22,325 nucleotides of DNA from Octopus sinensis (GCF_006345805.1 NW_021836957.1:1-22325), one strand, 5' to 3'. Shown: positions 1 through 9,552, counted from the first letter of the stretch. Notes: generated by a model from the letters alone, not told the origin. A program made the numbers and translations.

Positions 1-242
1 ACAACCGCACAGCATGCTGGTTCGCCACGTGTTTGCGGTTTGTCTAGTGGTGCCAAACCCAGCCAACTTAAGTCACTTAATGCTAACAGGGTGTCGTCTC
101 CTGGGCCCGCTCCGGTGGGTCCGGCAGGAAATAAGGTTCCCCCCGAGGACGGTTGGCACACGGTGGGGAAGCCGAAACGTGTTGCTGGCCGTCCAACCCC
201 TAATGTTTTAGGTACTGGGTGTGCGTCCGCTCAGGTGGATGC
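1..242 (+). mobile_element. LINE family A, ORF1 5' fragment (diverged variant)
   Basis: Homologous to ~1180-1420 (NRVSS..GNKV..DGW.TVGKPKR) but with many substitutions. Ends at GGATGC, where an inverted segment begins. Confidence 0.85.
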
Positions 243-818
243 TTTAGAAGACCGGGACTGACCAGAGCAAGCCCTAGCCAGTCACGTCCTCCCCTCGCGT
301 CGACGTGGTTTGGCTCGCTCGAAGTCCGGATTTCCAGCCCGAGGTCTTCAACCAGCGTCTTCAGAGCCAAACCATGCGAGTTGGTTACCCTGAAACCAAG
401 ATCTTGATGCTTGGCATTCAGGTCCCCAACAACCATGGCCTTCGGATGCTTTTCAAAGAACTCCCGTACGTGCCAGGAGCACGCCGTAAAGTTCTTCGAG
501 TACATCCCACCTAGGTAAAATGTTAACTCGCCTATGCGAATTCTCACTTGGAGGAATTCACACAATCTACATGAACATATACCTGGACTCTGCAAGGCAA
601 GGTAGGGCTTGTAGAAGAGGCTAGTTCCTGTGCCACATATTGACCCCTGTTTCCAGGGTATGTGACGACAGTTGTAGCCATCAACTACGTACGGACCCCC
701 CTTTACCTTCGTTTCGTTGACCACCAGAATGTCCGCACTCGTGGTGGCCAACATCCTCTGAACGGCGTCCCTTTTTCCTTCCAAGGAACGCGCGTTCACC
801 GATATGATGTTGAGCATC
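243..818 (-). mobile_element. LINE family A, inverted ORF2 fragment covering the APE endonuclease domain
   Basis: Minus-strand translation MLNIISVNARSL..NETK..GDLNAKH..DWLGLALVSPGLL. Near-identical to 4911-5485. Starts at the ORF2 ATG. Confidence 0.9.
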
Positions 819-1159
819 CAAACCTTCCAAACCCGCTAGTGTGGCGAAGCCAGTGGAACCTGTGAGCCATGCTGCGTGTGGGTCGGTGCAGCCTTCGCCG
901 ACAAAGTTGACAAAGCAGGCGAAAGCTTCCGAGTCCGCTTGGTTGCCTAAGCCGGCAATGCCTTCCGAGGCGGCTAACGGCGGCACCGTCTGGCACAACC
1001 TGGGGCTGAAAAGGCGTCCTCCATACGTGGAGATGCCATTGCACTCAGCCCCTGGCGAGCGTGTACCGCAGGACAGTATTAGTCCTGCGGTGCAATTATG
1101 CGTTTCCCTATTAAAATTTTGTAGGGAGATGAATTGCAGTGTAGATGAAATGCTACACT
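819..1159 (+). mobile_element. LINE family A, ORF1 3' fragment (diverged variant)
   Basis: Homologous to ~2230-2570 (AKPVEPVSHA..KRRPPYVEMPLH..CREMNCSVDEML). Confidence 0.85.
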
Positions 1160-2624
1160 TCTGATCGTTTAATATCCACCACAACCGCACAGCATGCTGG
1201 TTCGCCACGTGTTTGCGGTTTGTCTAGTGGTACCAAACCCAGCCTAGGTAAGTCAATTAATGCCAACAGGGTGTCGTCTCCTGAGGCCGTCCCGGTGGGT
1301 ACGGCAGGAAATAAGGTTGCCCTTGAGGACGGTTGGTACACGGTGGGGAAACCCAAACGTGCGGCTGGCCGTCCAACCCCCCCTAATGTTTTAGGTACTG
1401 GGTGTGTGTCCGATCAGGCGGATGCACACCCAAAGAAGACCACTGGCGATGGGGGCAGAATTACCTTCGGTGCTGTGGCACGACTTGAGGTCCTCCCTAC
1501 AAGTGGGAAGGCCTCGGTCATAAAGATCTTAGGTACGTTAGACTCTATCCAGCCTTCAAAGCTGTATAGAGTCCTGAAGAGGGAGCCCACCCAATTCCTG
1601 CTTGGGTGGGAGAAGGAGGATGACTTCTCCAACTTCAAAGGGGAGCTGGAGAAGTCAAATCCGTTCGGTCCTGGCATGCATCGCCTTGTCAGGATCGAAC
1701 GTAAGGTAAGTAAGGTAAGTGTCCTCCTCCTCGGGGTTCCTCGGGACTTCGAGGATAATGACCTCCTAGGTCATCTGCAGCAGGAGTACCCCAGTGCCTC
1801 TGCCATTGCACGCTTCAAGCAGGGTAATCGCCCTCTTGAAGTGGTGGAGATTACACTGGGATCTCCTGCAGAAGCTGAGCGCCTGGTACTTCTTGGTACC
1901 AGGATCGGCTACATTAGGATGAGAGCTGCCTGGCCCCGCCCGAAAGCCACCCAATGCTTTCGGTGTCAGGGGTTCGGGCACATCTCCACAAAGTGCCCGG
2001 ATAAGGCGAAGTGCCTTATTTGCGGTGGGGAGCATGGTCGCAAGACGTGCCCCTCACCATCCAAGGAGAGGCAGTGTGTCAACTGTGGTAAGTTGGGACA
2101 CACTGCCAACTTCAGAGGTTGCCCCAAGTTCAAGGAGGCAACCCGAAAGGTAGGTGGGGATGTAATCCCAACAGTAAGTCGCCCGCGTCGCGCGCCCTGC
2201 GCCAAAACCTGGCAAGCAGGCGATACTGGCCAAACCTTCCAAATCCGTTTGGGTGGCGAAGACAGTGGAACCTGTGAGCCATGCTGCGTATGGGTCGGTG
2301 CAGCCTTCGCCGACAAAGTTGGCAAAGCAGGCGAAAGCTTCCGAGTCCGCTTGGTTGCCTAAGCCGGCAATGCCTTCCGAGGCGGCTAACGGCGGCACCG
2401 TCCGGCACAACGTGGGGCTGAAAAGGCGTCCTCCATACGTGGAGATGCCATTGCACTCAGCCCCTGGCGAGCGTGTACCGCAGGACAGTATTAGTCCTGC
2501 GGTGCAACTATGCGTTTCCCTATTAAAATTTTGTAGGGAGATGAATTGCAGTGTAGATGAAATGCTACACTGCAACGTTGCCGAGGCCAAGAAGATCCTT
2601 GGCGAAGAACGATGCAGCGATTAG
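1160..2624 (+). CDS. LINE ORF1p (gag-like nucleic-acid chaperone), 5'-truncated, one frameshift near 2190
   Basis: Three knuckles CFRCQGFGHISTKC, CLICGGEHGRKTC and CVNCGKLGHTANFRGC, as in I/Jockey/R1-type ORF1. The repeat copy at 6589-7860 reads through this frameshift. Confidence 0.85.
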
Positions 2625-3043
2625 GCGCGTTGCGTGCTTTCCACTTGAGGAGAGGTGCCTGGTTCCGTGTGTTCAACGCCATGGTGTTACCCGTGTTACC
2701 TATGGCGTGCACGCTTGGCACTTCTGCGAGGACAGGGAAAAGCACGTTGACGCGCTTAAGAAAGTAAGAAGACGAGCCATCCGGCTAGCCTATGGCTTAG
2801 GATGGCGTGATGAGCTCTCCAACGCCCAGGAATTGTCCCTCAAAGGCCTCCCTGAGGTCCTAGAGAAGATAATGACTGGGTGGCAGGTAAGACGGTAAGT
2901 CCTAACCTGTTTGTTGTAGAGAGGCGAGCGTGTGTGCTGGACCGAAAAGGCAGGAATGCCGAAGGTCTCCTTATGTTACCTCACTAACAGCCTCTCTAAT
3001 TAATTATTAAATAAAAAATTTCCATTTAAAAAAAAAAAAAAAA
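1160..3043 (+). mobile_element. LINE family A, ORF2-deleted derivative: ORF1, last ~95 codons of ORF2, 3' UTR, poly(A)
   Basis: ORF1 end (GAAGAAC) is joined at ~2610 to the ORF2 C-terminus (ATGCAGCGATTAGG). The 3' UTR matches 16832-16956. AATAAA at 3010-3015 and A16 at 3028-3043. Confidence 0.9.
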
Positions 3044-3081
3044 CTTGCAAATTTTGTGGATAATGGCACCTAAAGTTAGCA
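3044..3081 (+). pseudogene. H2B: Histone H2B 5' fragment (19-nt leader + MAPKVS)
   Basis: CTTGCAAATTTTGTGGATAATGGCACCTAAAGTTAGCA is identical to the reverse complement of the H2B start at 9552/15581. Confidence 0.9.
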
Positions 3082-3183
3082 AAAAATAATAAAATATGGC
3101 TAGAACAAAACAAACGGCTCGAAAATCTACTGGTGCAAAAGTACCAAGGACAGTTGTCTGCAAAATCTGCTCGCAAGCTGTCT
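3082..3183 (+). pseudogene. H3: Histone H3 5' fragment (leader + N-terminal tail to about K27)
   Basis: ATG at 3096 gives [25 protein letters not shown]. Three bases are missing relative to the copy at 8413. Confidence 0.9.
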
Positions 3184-3215
3184 GCCTAAGAAGACTATGC
3201 AGAAGTGGAGGTGTT
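3184..3215 (+). pseudogene. H4: Histone H4 internal fragment (RRLCRSGGV)
   Basis: TAAGAAGACTATGCAGAAGTGGAGGTGTT resembles local H4 ATAAGAAGACTATGTCGAAGAGGGGGTGTT ([10 protein letters not shown]). It appears to come from a different paralogue. Confidence 0.7.
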
Positions 3216-3263
3216 CCCGCCTCGCTCTCCCAGAAGGACAAGACGGTTCACTGTGCCACTACG

Positions 3264-4911
3264 ATGAATTGCCGGAGCCGTGGTTCACCGCCACGCGCTT
3301 CCGGCTATTCTAGTGGTGTCTTTAATTTTCTAGGCGAAAGCAGGAAGGAGAAGTCGAAGCCTGGACCCTCCCAGGTGGTTCAGCACTCACTGGAGACACT
3401 TCTTTCTCTGCTCCCCCTATGGCTGGTGTCGGGGAGCTGCAGGTGCAACTGGTTCTGATCGTTGGTATCCACCACAACCGCACAGCATGCTGGTTCGCCA
3501 CGTGTTTGCGGTTTGTCTAGTGGTACCAAACCCAGCCTAGGTAAGTCAATTAATGCCAACAGGGTTCGTCTCCTGAGGCCGTCCCGGTGGGTACGGCAGG
3601 AAATAAGGTTGCCCTTGAGGACGGTTGGTACACGGTGGGGAAACCCAAACGTGCGGCTGGCCGTCCAACCCCCCCTAATGTTTTAGGTACTGGGTGTGTG
3701 TCCGATCAGGCGGATGCACACCCAAAGAAGACCACTGGCGCCGGGGGCAGAATTACCTTCGGTGCTGTGGCACGACTTGAGGTCCTCCCTACAAGTGGGA
3801 AGGCCTCGGTCATAAAGATCTTAGGTACGTTAGACTCTATCCAGCCTTCAAAGCTGTATAGAGTCCTGAAGAGGGAGCCCACCCAATTCCTGCTTGGGTG
3901 GGAGAAGGAGGATGACTTCTCCAACTTCAAAGGGGAGCTGGAGAAGTCAAATCCGTTCGGTCCTGGCATGCATCGCCTTGTCAGGATCGAACGTAAGGTA
4001 AGTAAGGTAAGTTCCTCCTCCTCGGGGTTCCTCGGGACTTCGAGGATAATGACCTCCTAGGTCATCTGCAGCAGGAGTACCCCAGTGCCTCTGCCATTGC
4101 ACGCTTCAAGCAGGGTAATCGCCCTCTTGAAGTGGTGGAGATTACACTGGGATCTCCTGCAAAGCTGAGCGCCTGGTACTTCTTGGTACCAGGATCGGCT
4201 ACATTAGGATGAGAGCTGCCTGGCCCCGCCCGAAAGCCACCCAATGCTTTCGGTGTCAGGGGTTCGGGCACATCTCCACAAAGTGCCCGGATAAGGCGAA
4301 GTGCCTTATTTGCGGTGGAGAGCATGGTCGCAAGACGTGCCCCTCACCATCCAAGGAGAGGCAGTGTGTCAACTGTGGTAAGTTGGGACACACTGCCAAC
4401 TTCAGAGGTTGCCCCAAGTTCAAGGAGGCAACCCGAAAGGTAGGTGGGGATGTAATCCCAACAGTAAGTCGCCCGCGTCGCGTCGCGCGCCCTGCGCCAA
4501 AACCTGGCAAGCAGGCGATACTGGCCAAACCTTCCAATCCGTTTGGGTGGCGAAGACAGTGGAACCTGTGAGCCATGCTACGTGTGGGTCGGTGCAGCCT
4601 TCGCCGACAAAGTTGGCAAAGCAGGTGAAAGCTTCCGAGTCCGCTTGGTTGCCTAAGCCGGCAATGCCTTCTGAGGCGGCTAACGGCGGCGCCGTCCGGC
4701 ACAACCTGGGGCTGAAAAGGCGTCCTCCATACGTGGAGATGCCATTGCACCAGCCCCTGGCGAGCGTGTACCGCAGGACAGTATTAGTCCTGCGGTGCAA
4801 TTATGCGTTTCCCTATTAAAATTTTGTAGGGAGATGAATTGCAGTGTAGAGGAAATGCTACACTGCAACGTTGCCGAGGCCAAGAAGATCCTTGGCGAAG
4901 AACCGATATGA
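3264..4911 (+). CDS. LINE ORF1p, putative full length, several single-base indels
   Basis: Candidate start MNCRSRG at 3264. Contains the zinc knuckles and ends ..KKILGEEPI* (TGA 4909-4911). The start is inferred and the frame is open upstream of it. Confidence 0.7.
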
Positions 4912-6545
4912 TGCTCAACATCATATCGGTGAACGCGCGTTCCTTGGAAGGAAAAAGGGACGCCGTTCAGAGGATGTTGGCCACCACGAGTGCGGACATT
5001 CTGGTGGTCAACGAAACGAAGGTAAAGGGGGGTCCGTACGTAGTTGATGGCTACAACTGTCGTCACATACCCTGGAAACAGGGGTCAATATGTGGCACAG
5101 GAAACTAGCCTCTTCTACAAGCCCTACCTTGCCTTGCAGAGTCCAGGTATATGTTCATGTAGCTTGTGTGAATTCCTCCAAGTGAGAATTCGCATAGGCG
5201 AGTTAACATTTTACCTAGGTGGGATGTACTCGAAGAACTTTACGGCGTGCTCCTGGCACGTACGGGAGTTCTTTGAAAAGCATCCGAAGGCCATGGTTGT
5301 TGGGGACCTGAATGCCAAGCATCAAGATCTTGGTTTCAGGGTAACCAACTCGCATGGTTTGGCTCTGAAGACGCTGGTTGAAGACCTCGGGCTGGAAATC
5401 CGGACTTCGAGCGAGCCAAACCACGTCGACGCGAGGGGGACGTGACTGGCTAGGGCTTGCTCTGTGGTCAGTCCCGGTCTTCTAAATTGGGTTAGTAAAA
5501 CTATTTTATTGTCCGATATTGGGAGCGACCATCTGCCTCTATTGCACGAACTCCGTGAGCAGTTCCTCAAAGGGTCCCAGGATACTTTGACCTCCGGGTG
5601 GGTTCCTGGGCTAACCTGGAGAGTTTCATGGCCAGCAGGTTGCCCTCACTTCTGGTGGGGAATACCTGCGCCAACATACGTGAGTTGGAGGCGCTTGATA
5701 ATGGAATCAATGCTGCCCTGACTGATTACATGCGAGATAATTTCAAACAAAACTCAGTGCAGGGTCAGGCACATTCCACGCTCCCTCACCGGATCTTAAA
5801 TAAAATTAGGTTCAAGCGCCGGCTATCCAGACTACGGGACAAATGCGTTTACGAGGAGAACCGTGTTTGGTTTCGTGGCTGGATTAGCCGGCTTCAGAGG
5901 GAGATCCGAAGAGAAATCCGCGAACTCGAAAGTTCGCGGTGGGAGAGGGCCTGCCGAAGGGTGGACCCTCGCTTTCCGGACTTCTGGAAGCAGTTGAAGA
6001 GCCTGTCGGGGAGAAGGGGGCTAAGTCAGTGCGCCTTAAACGCTCTGATGGAACCCTCGCTTCGGACCCGGTTGAGGTGGTTGAAATACTTTCACCCCAT
6101 CTCAATGGCATCTCGGGAACTGACGGAAGTCAGTTCGTAGAGACATCGTCCTTTGATACTGTCCAGCAGATATTGTCGTGGGACAAGCGCTGCCAGCTGG
6201 GCATATCAAGGAACGATGCAGGCGAAATTACTGAAGCGGAGATTCTGGCAGCAATCTCCCGAAGTAAGAACACCGCGGCGGGTTTGGATCGGATCCCGAT
6301 GGCCATCTTTAAGAAGGCCCCGCCGCGGTTAATCACTGCACTAAAGGTTTTATTTAACGGGAGCTTGCGACTTGGGATAATTCCCTCCAGGTGGAAAGTG
6401 GCTGAGGTAATCCTTATCGGAAAGCCCGGGAAGCCACATGATGTCCCCGGGGGATATAGGCCCATTTCCTTGCTCCCCGCGGTATCTAAAATCCTAGAAA
6501 GAATTATGCACCAAAGGCTCCTGGAGGAGCTGATGGTTGCAGACG
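4908..6545 (+). CDS. LINE ORF2p, endonuclease + linker + N-terminal RT, truncated and with indels
   Basis: APE motifs VNARSL, NETK, GDLNAKH, SDHLP, then KNTAAGLDRIP, WKVAEVILIGKPGK, YRPISLL. Confidence 0.9.
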
Positions 6546-8360
6546 TGGTACCAAACCCAGCCTAGGTAAGTCAATTAATGCCAACAGGGTGTCGTCTCCT
6601 GAGGCCGTCCCGGTGGGTACGGCAGGAAATAAGGTTGCCCTTGAGGACGGTTGGTACACGGTGGGGAAACCCAAACGTGCGGCTGGCCGTCCAACCCCCC
6701 CTAATGTTTTAGGTACTGGGTGTGTGTCCGATCAGGCGGATGCACACCCAAAGAAGACCACTGGCGATGGGGGCAGAATTACCTTCGGTGCTGTGGCACG
6801 ACTTGAGGTCCTCCCTACAAGTGGGAAGGCCTCGGTCATAAAGATCTTAGGTACGTTAGACTCTATCCAGCCTTCAAAGCTGTATAGAGTCCTGAAGAGG
6901 GAGCCCACCCAATTCCTGCTTGGGTGGGAGAAGGAGGATGACTTCTCCAACTTCAAAGGGGAGCTGGAGAAGTCAAATCCGTTCGGTCCTGGCATGCATC
7001 GCCTTGTCAGGATCGAACGTAAGGTAAGTAAGGTAAGTGTCCTCCTCCTCGGGGTTCCTCGGGACTTCGAGGATAATGACCTCCTAGGTCATCTGCAGCA
7101 GGAGTACCCCAGTGCCTCTGCCATTGCACGCTTCAAGCAGGGTAATCGCCCTCTTGAAGTGGTGGAGATTACACTGGGATCTCCTGCAGAAGCTGAGCGC
7201 CTGGTACTTCTTGGTACCAGGATCGGCTACATTAGGATGAGAGCTGCCTGGCCCCGCCCGAAAGCCACCCAATGCTTTCGGTGTCAGGGGTTCGGGCACA
7301 TCTCCACAAAGTGCCCGGATAAGGCGAAGTGCCTTATTTGCGGTGGGGAGCATGGTCGCAAGACGTGCCCCTCACCATCCAAGGAGAGGCAGTGTGTCAA
7401 CTGTGGTAAGTTGGGACACACTGCCAACTTCAGAGGTTGCCCCAAGTTCAAGGAGGCAACCCGAAAGGTAGGTGGGGATGTAATCCCAACAGTAAGTCGC
7501 CCGCGTCGCGCGCCCTGCGCAAAACCTGGCAAGCAGGCGATACTGGCCAAACCTTCCAAATCCGTTTGGGTGGCGAAGACAGTGGAACCTGTGAGCCATG
7601 CTGCGTATGGGTCGGTGCAGCCTTCGCCGACAAAGTTGGCAAAGCAGGCGAAAGCTTCCGAGTCCGCTTGGTTGCCTAAGCCGGCAATGCCTTCCGAGGC
7701 GGCTAACGGCGGCACCGTCCGGCACAACGTGGGGCTGAAAAGGCGTCCTCCATACGTGGAGATGCCATTGCACTCAGCCCCTGGCGAGCGTGTACCGCAG
7801 GACAGTATTAGTCCTGCGGTGCAACTATGCGTTTCCCTATTAAATTTTGTAGGGAGATGAATTGCAGTGTAGATGAAATGCTACACTGCAACGTTGCCGA
7901 GGCCAAGAAGATCCTTGGCGAAGAACGATGCAGCGATTAGGCGCGTTGCGTGCTTTCCACTTGAGGAGAGGTGCCTGGTTCCGTGTGTTCAACGCCATGG
8001 TGTTACCCGTGTTAACCTATGGCGTGCACGCTTGGCACTTCTGCGAGGACAGGGAAAAGCACGTTGACGCGCTTAAGAAAGTAAGAACGAGCCATCCGGC
8101 TAGCCTATGGCTTAGGATGGCGTGATGAGCTCTCCAACGCCCAGGAATTGTCCCTCAAAGGCCTCCCTGAGGTCCTAGAGAAGATAATGACTGGGTGGCA
8201 GGTAAGACGGTAAGTCCTAACCTGTGGTTGTGTAGAGAGGCGAGCGTGTGTGCTGGACCGAAAAGGCAGGAATGCCGAAGGTCTCCTTATGTTACCTCTC
8301 ACTAACAGCCTCTCTAATTAATTATTAAATAAAATTTCCATTTAAAAAAAAAAAAAAAAA
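6546..8360 (+). mobile_element. Second copy of the ORF2-deleted family A derivative
   Basis: ORF1 frame 6589-7860, deletion junction at ~7925, 3' UTR, A17 at 8344-8360. Confidence 0.9.
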
Positions 8361-8535
8361 CTTGCAAATTTTGTGGATAATGGCACCTAAAGTTAGCAAA
8401 AAATAATAAAATATGGCTAGAACAAAACAAACGGCTCGAAAATCTACTGGTGCAAAAGTACCAAGGAAACAGTTGTCTGCAAAATCTGCTCGCAAGCTGT
8501 CTGCACTAAGAAGACTATGCAGAAGTGGAGGTGTT
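8361..8535 (+). pseudogene. Second copy of the H2B/H3/H4 fragment chimera
   Basis: H2B ATG 8380 (MAPKVSKK*). H3 ATG 8413 reads [41 protein letters not shown]. Confidence 0.9.
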
Positions 8536-9266
8536 CCCGCCTCGCTCTCCCAGAAGGACAAGACGGTTCAGTGTGCCACTACGATGAATTGCCGGAGCCG
8601 TGGTTCACCGCCACGCGCTTCCGGCTATTCTAGTGGTGTCTTTAATTTTCTAGGCGAAAGCAGGAAGGAGAAGTCGAAGCCTGGACCCTCCCAGGTGGGT
8701 TCAGCACTCACTGGAGACACTTCTTTCTCTGCTCCCCTATGGCTGGTGTCGGGGAGCTGCAGGTGCAACTGGTTCTGATCGTTTGGTATCCACCACAACC
8801 GCACAGCATGCTGGTTCGCCACGTGTTTGCGGTTTGTCTAGTGTACCAAACCCAGCCTAGGTAAGTCAATTAATGCCAACAGGGTGTCGTCTCCTGAGGC
8901 CGTCCCGGTGGGTACGGCAGGAAATAAGGTTGCCCTTGGACGGCGTTGGTACACGGTGGGGAAACCCAAACGTGCGGCTGGCCGTCCAACCCCCCCTAAT
9001 GTTTTAGGTACTGGGTGTGTGTCCGATCAGGCGGATGCACACCCAAAGAAGACCACTGGCGCCGGGGGCAGAATTACCTTCGGTGCTGTGGCACGACTTG
9101 AGGTCCTCCCTACAAGTGGGAAGGCCTCGGTCATAAAGATCTTAGGTACGTTAGACTCTATCCAGCCTTCAAAGCTGTATAGAGTCCTGAAGAGGGAGCC
9201 CACCCAATTCCTGCTTGGGTGGGAGAAGGAGGATGACTTCTCCAACTTCAAAGGGGAGCTGGAGAA
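8536..9266 (+). mobile_element. LINE family A 5' part, truncated in ORF1
   Basis: Matches 3216-3945. Joins antisense H2B at a shared AGAA (9263-9266). Confidence 0.9.
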
Positions 9267-9552
9267 TCAGACGAACTGCAGTCTGTATTTCACGTGAGGT
9301 AATGGTAGCCTTCGAATTCTGATAGACTAGATTTGATGCCTCGGTTTTTATTTTGTCATAAACATCAAATGTGAAACTGTCCATAGCCATCATAGCCTTC
9401 TTTGACATCCCAAGTTGATTATGTACTGTCTTTAAAATTTTCATAAGATATATGGAAAAAGTTTTCCTTTTCTTTTTTTTTTGTAGCAACAGAACATTTT
9501 TGCTTTTTATAGGAGCTCTTTTTTGTCCCTTTGTGCTAACTTTAGGTGCCAT
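9263..9552 (-). pseudogene. H2B: Histone H2B, 3'-truncated at the LINE junction
   Basis: [53 protein letters not shown]. The last ~25 codons are missing compared with 15217-15581. Confidence 0.9.

Larger units (their letters stand above)
3216..6545 (+). mobile_element. LINE family A, probably 5'-complete, 3'-truncated inside RT
   Basis: Carries the longest 5' extension in the window, all of ORF1, and ORF2 through RPISLLPAVSKILERIM. It then switches back to ORF1 sequence at ~6546. Confidence 0.9.
1228..9266 (+). repeat. Direct repeat, ~2.72 kb, period ~5.32 kb (1228-3945 vs 6546-9266)
   Basis: Same deletion junction, poly(A), H2B/H3/H4 chimera and LINE 5' end in both copies. They differ mainly by single-base indels. 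Confidence 0.9.

Noticed and set aside
2180-2215. Programmed ribosomal frameshift in ORF1
   Set aside because: The duplicate at ~7505-7525 reads through in frame and there is no slippery heptamer, so a read indel is more likely.
681-2590. Long antisense or alternate-frame ORFs over ORF1 (681-1208, 2054-2590, 4256-4750, 19463-20101 and similar)
   Set aside because: They are shadows of a GC-rich coding region, have no recognisable motifs, and their ends vary with indels between copies.
2605-2620. ORF2 deletion as a spliced intron
   Set aside because: The removed segment does not begin with GT or end with AG on the sense strand.
8413-8535. Giant-virus-type fused histone doublet (H3-H4)
   Set aside because: Only a tail and about 10 residues of H4 are present, with no complete histone fold and no viral genes nearby.
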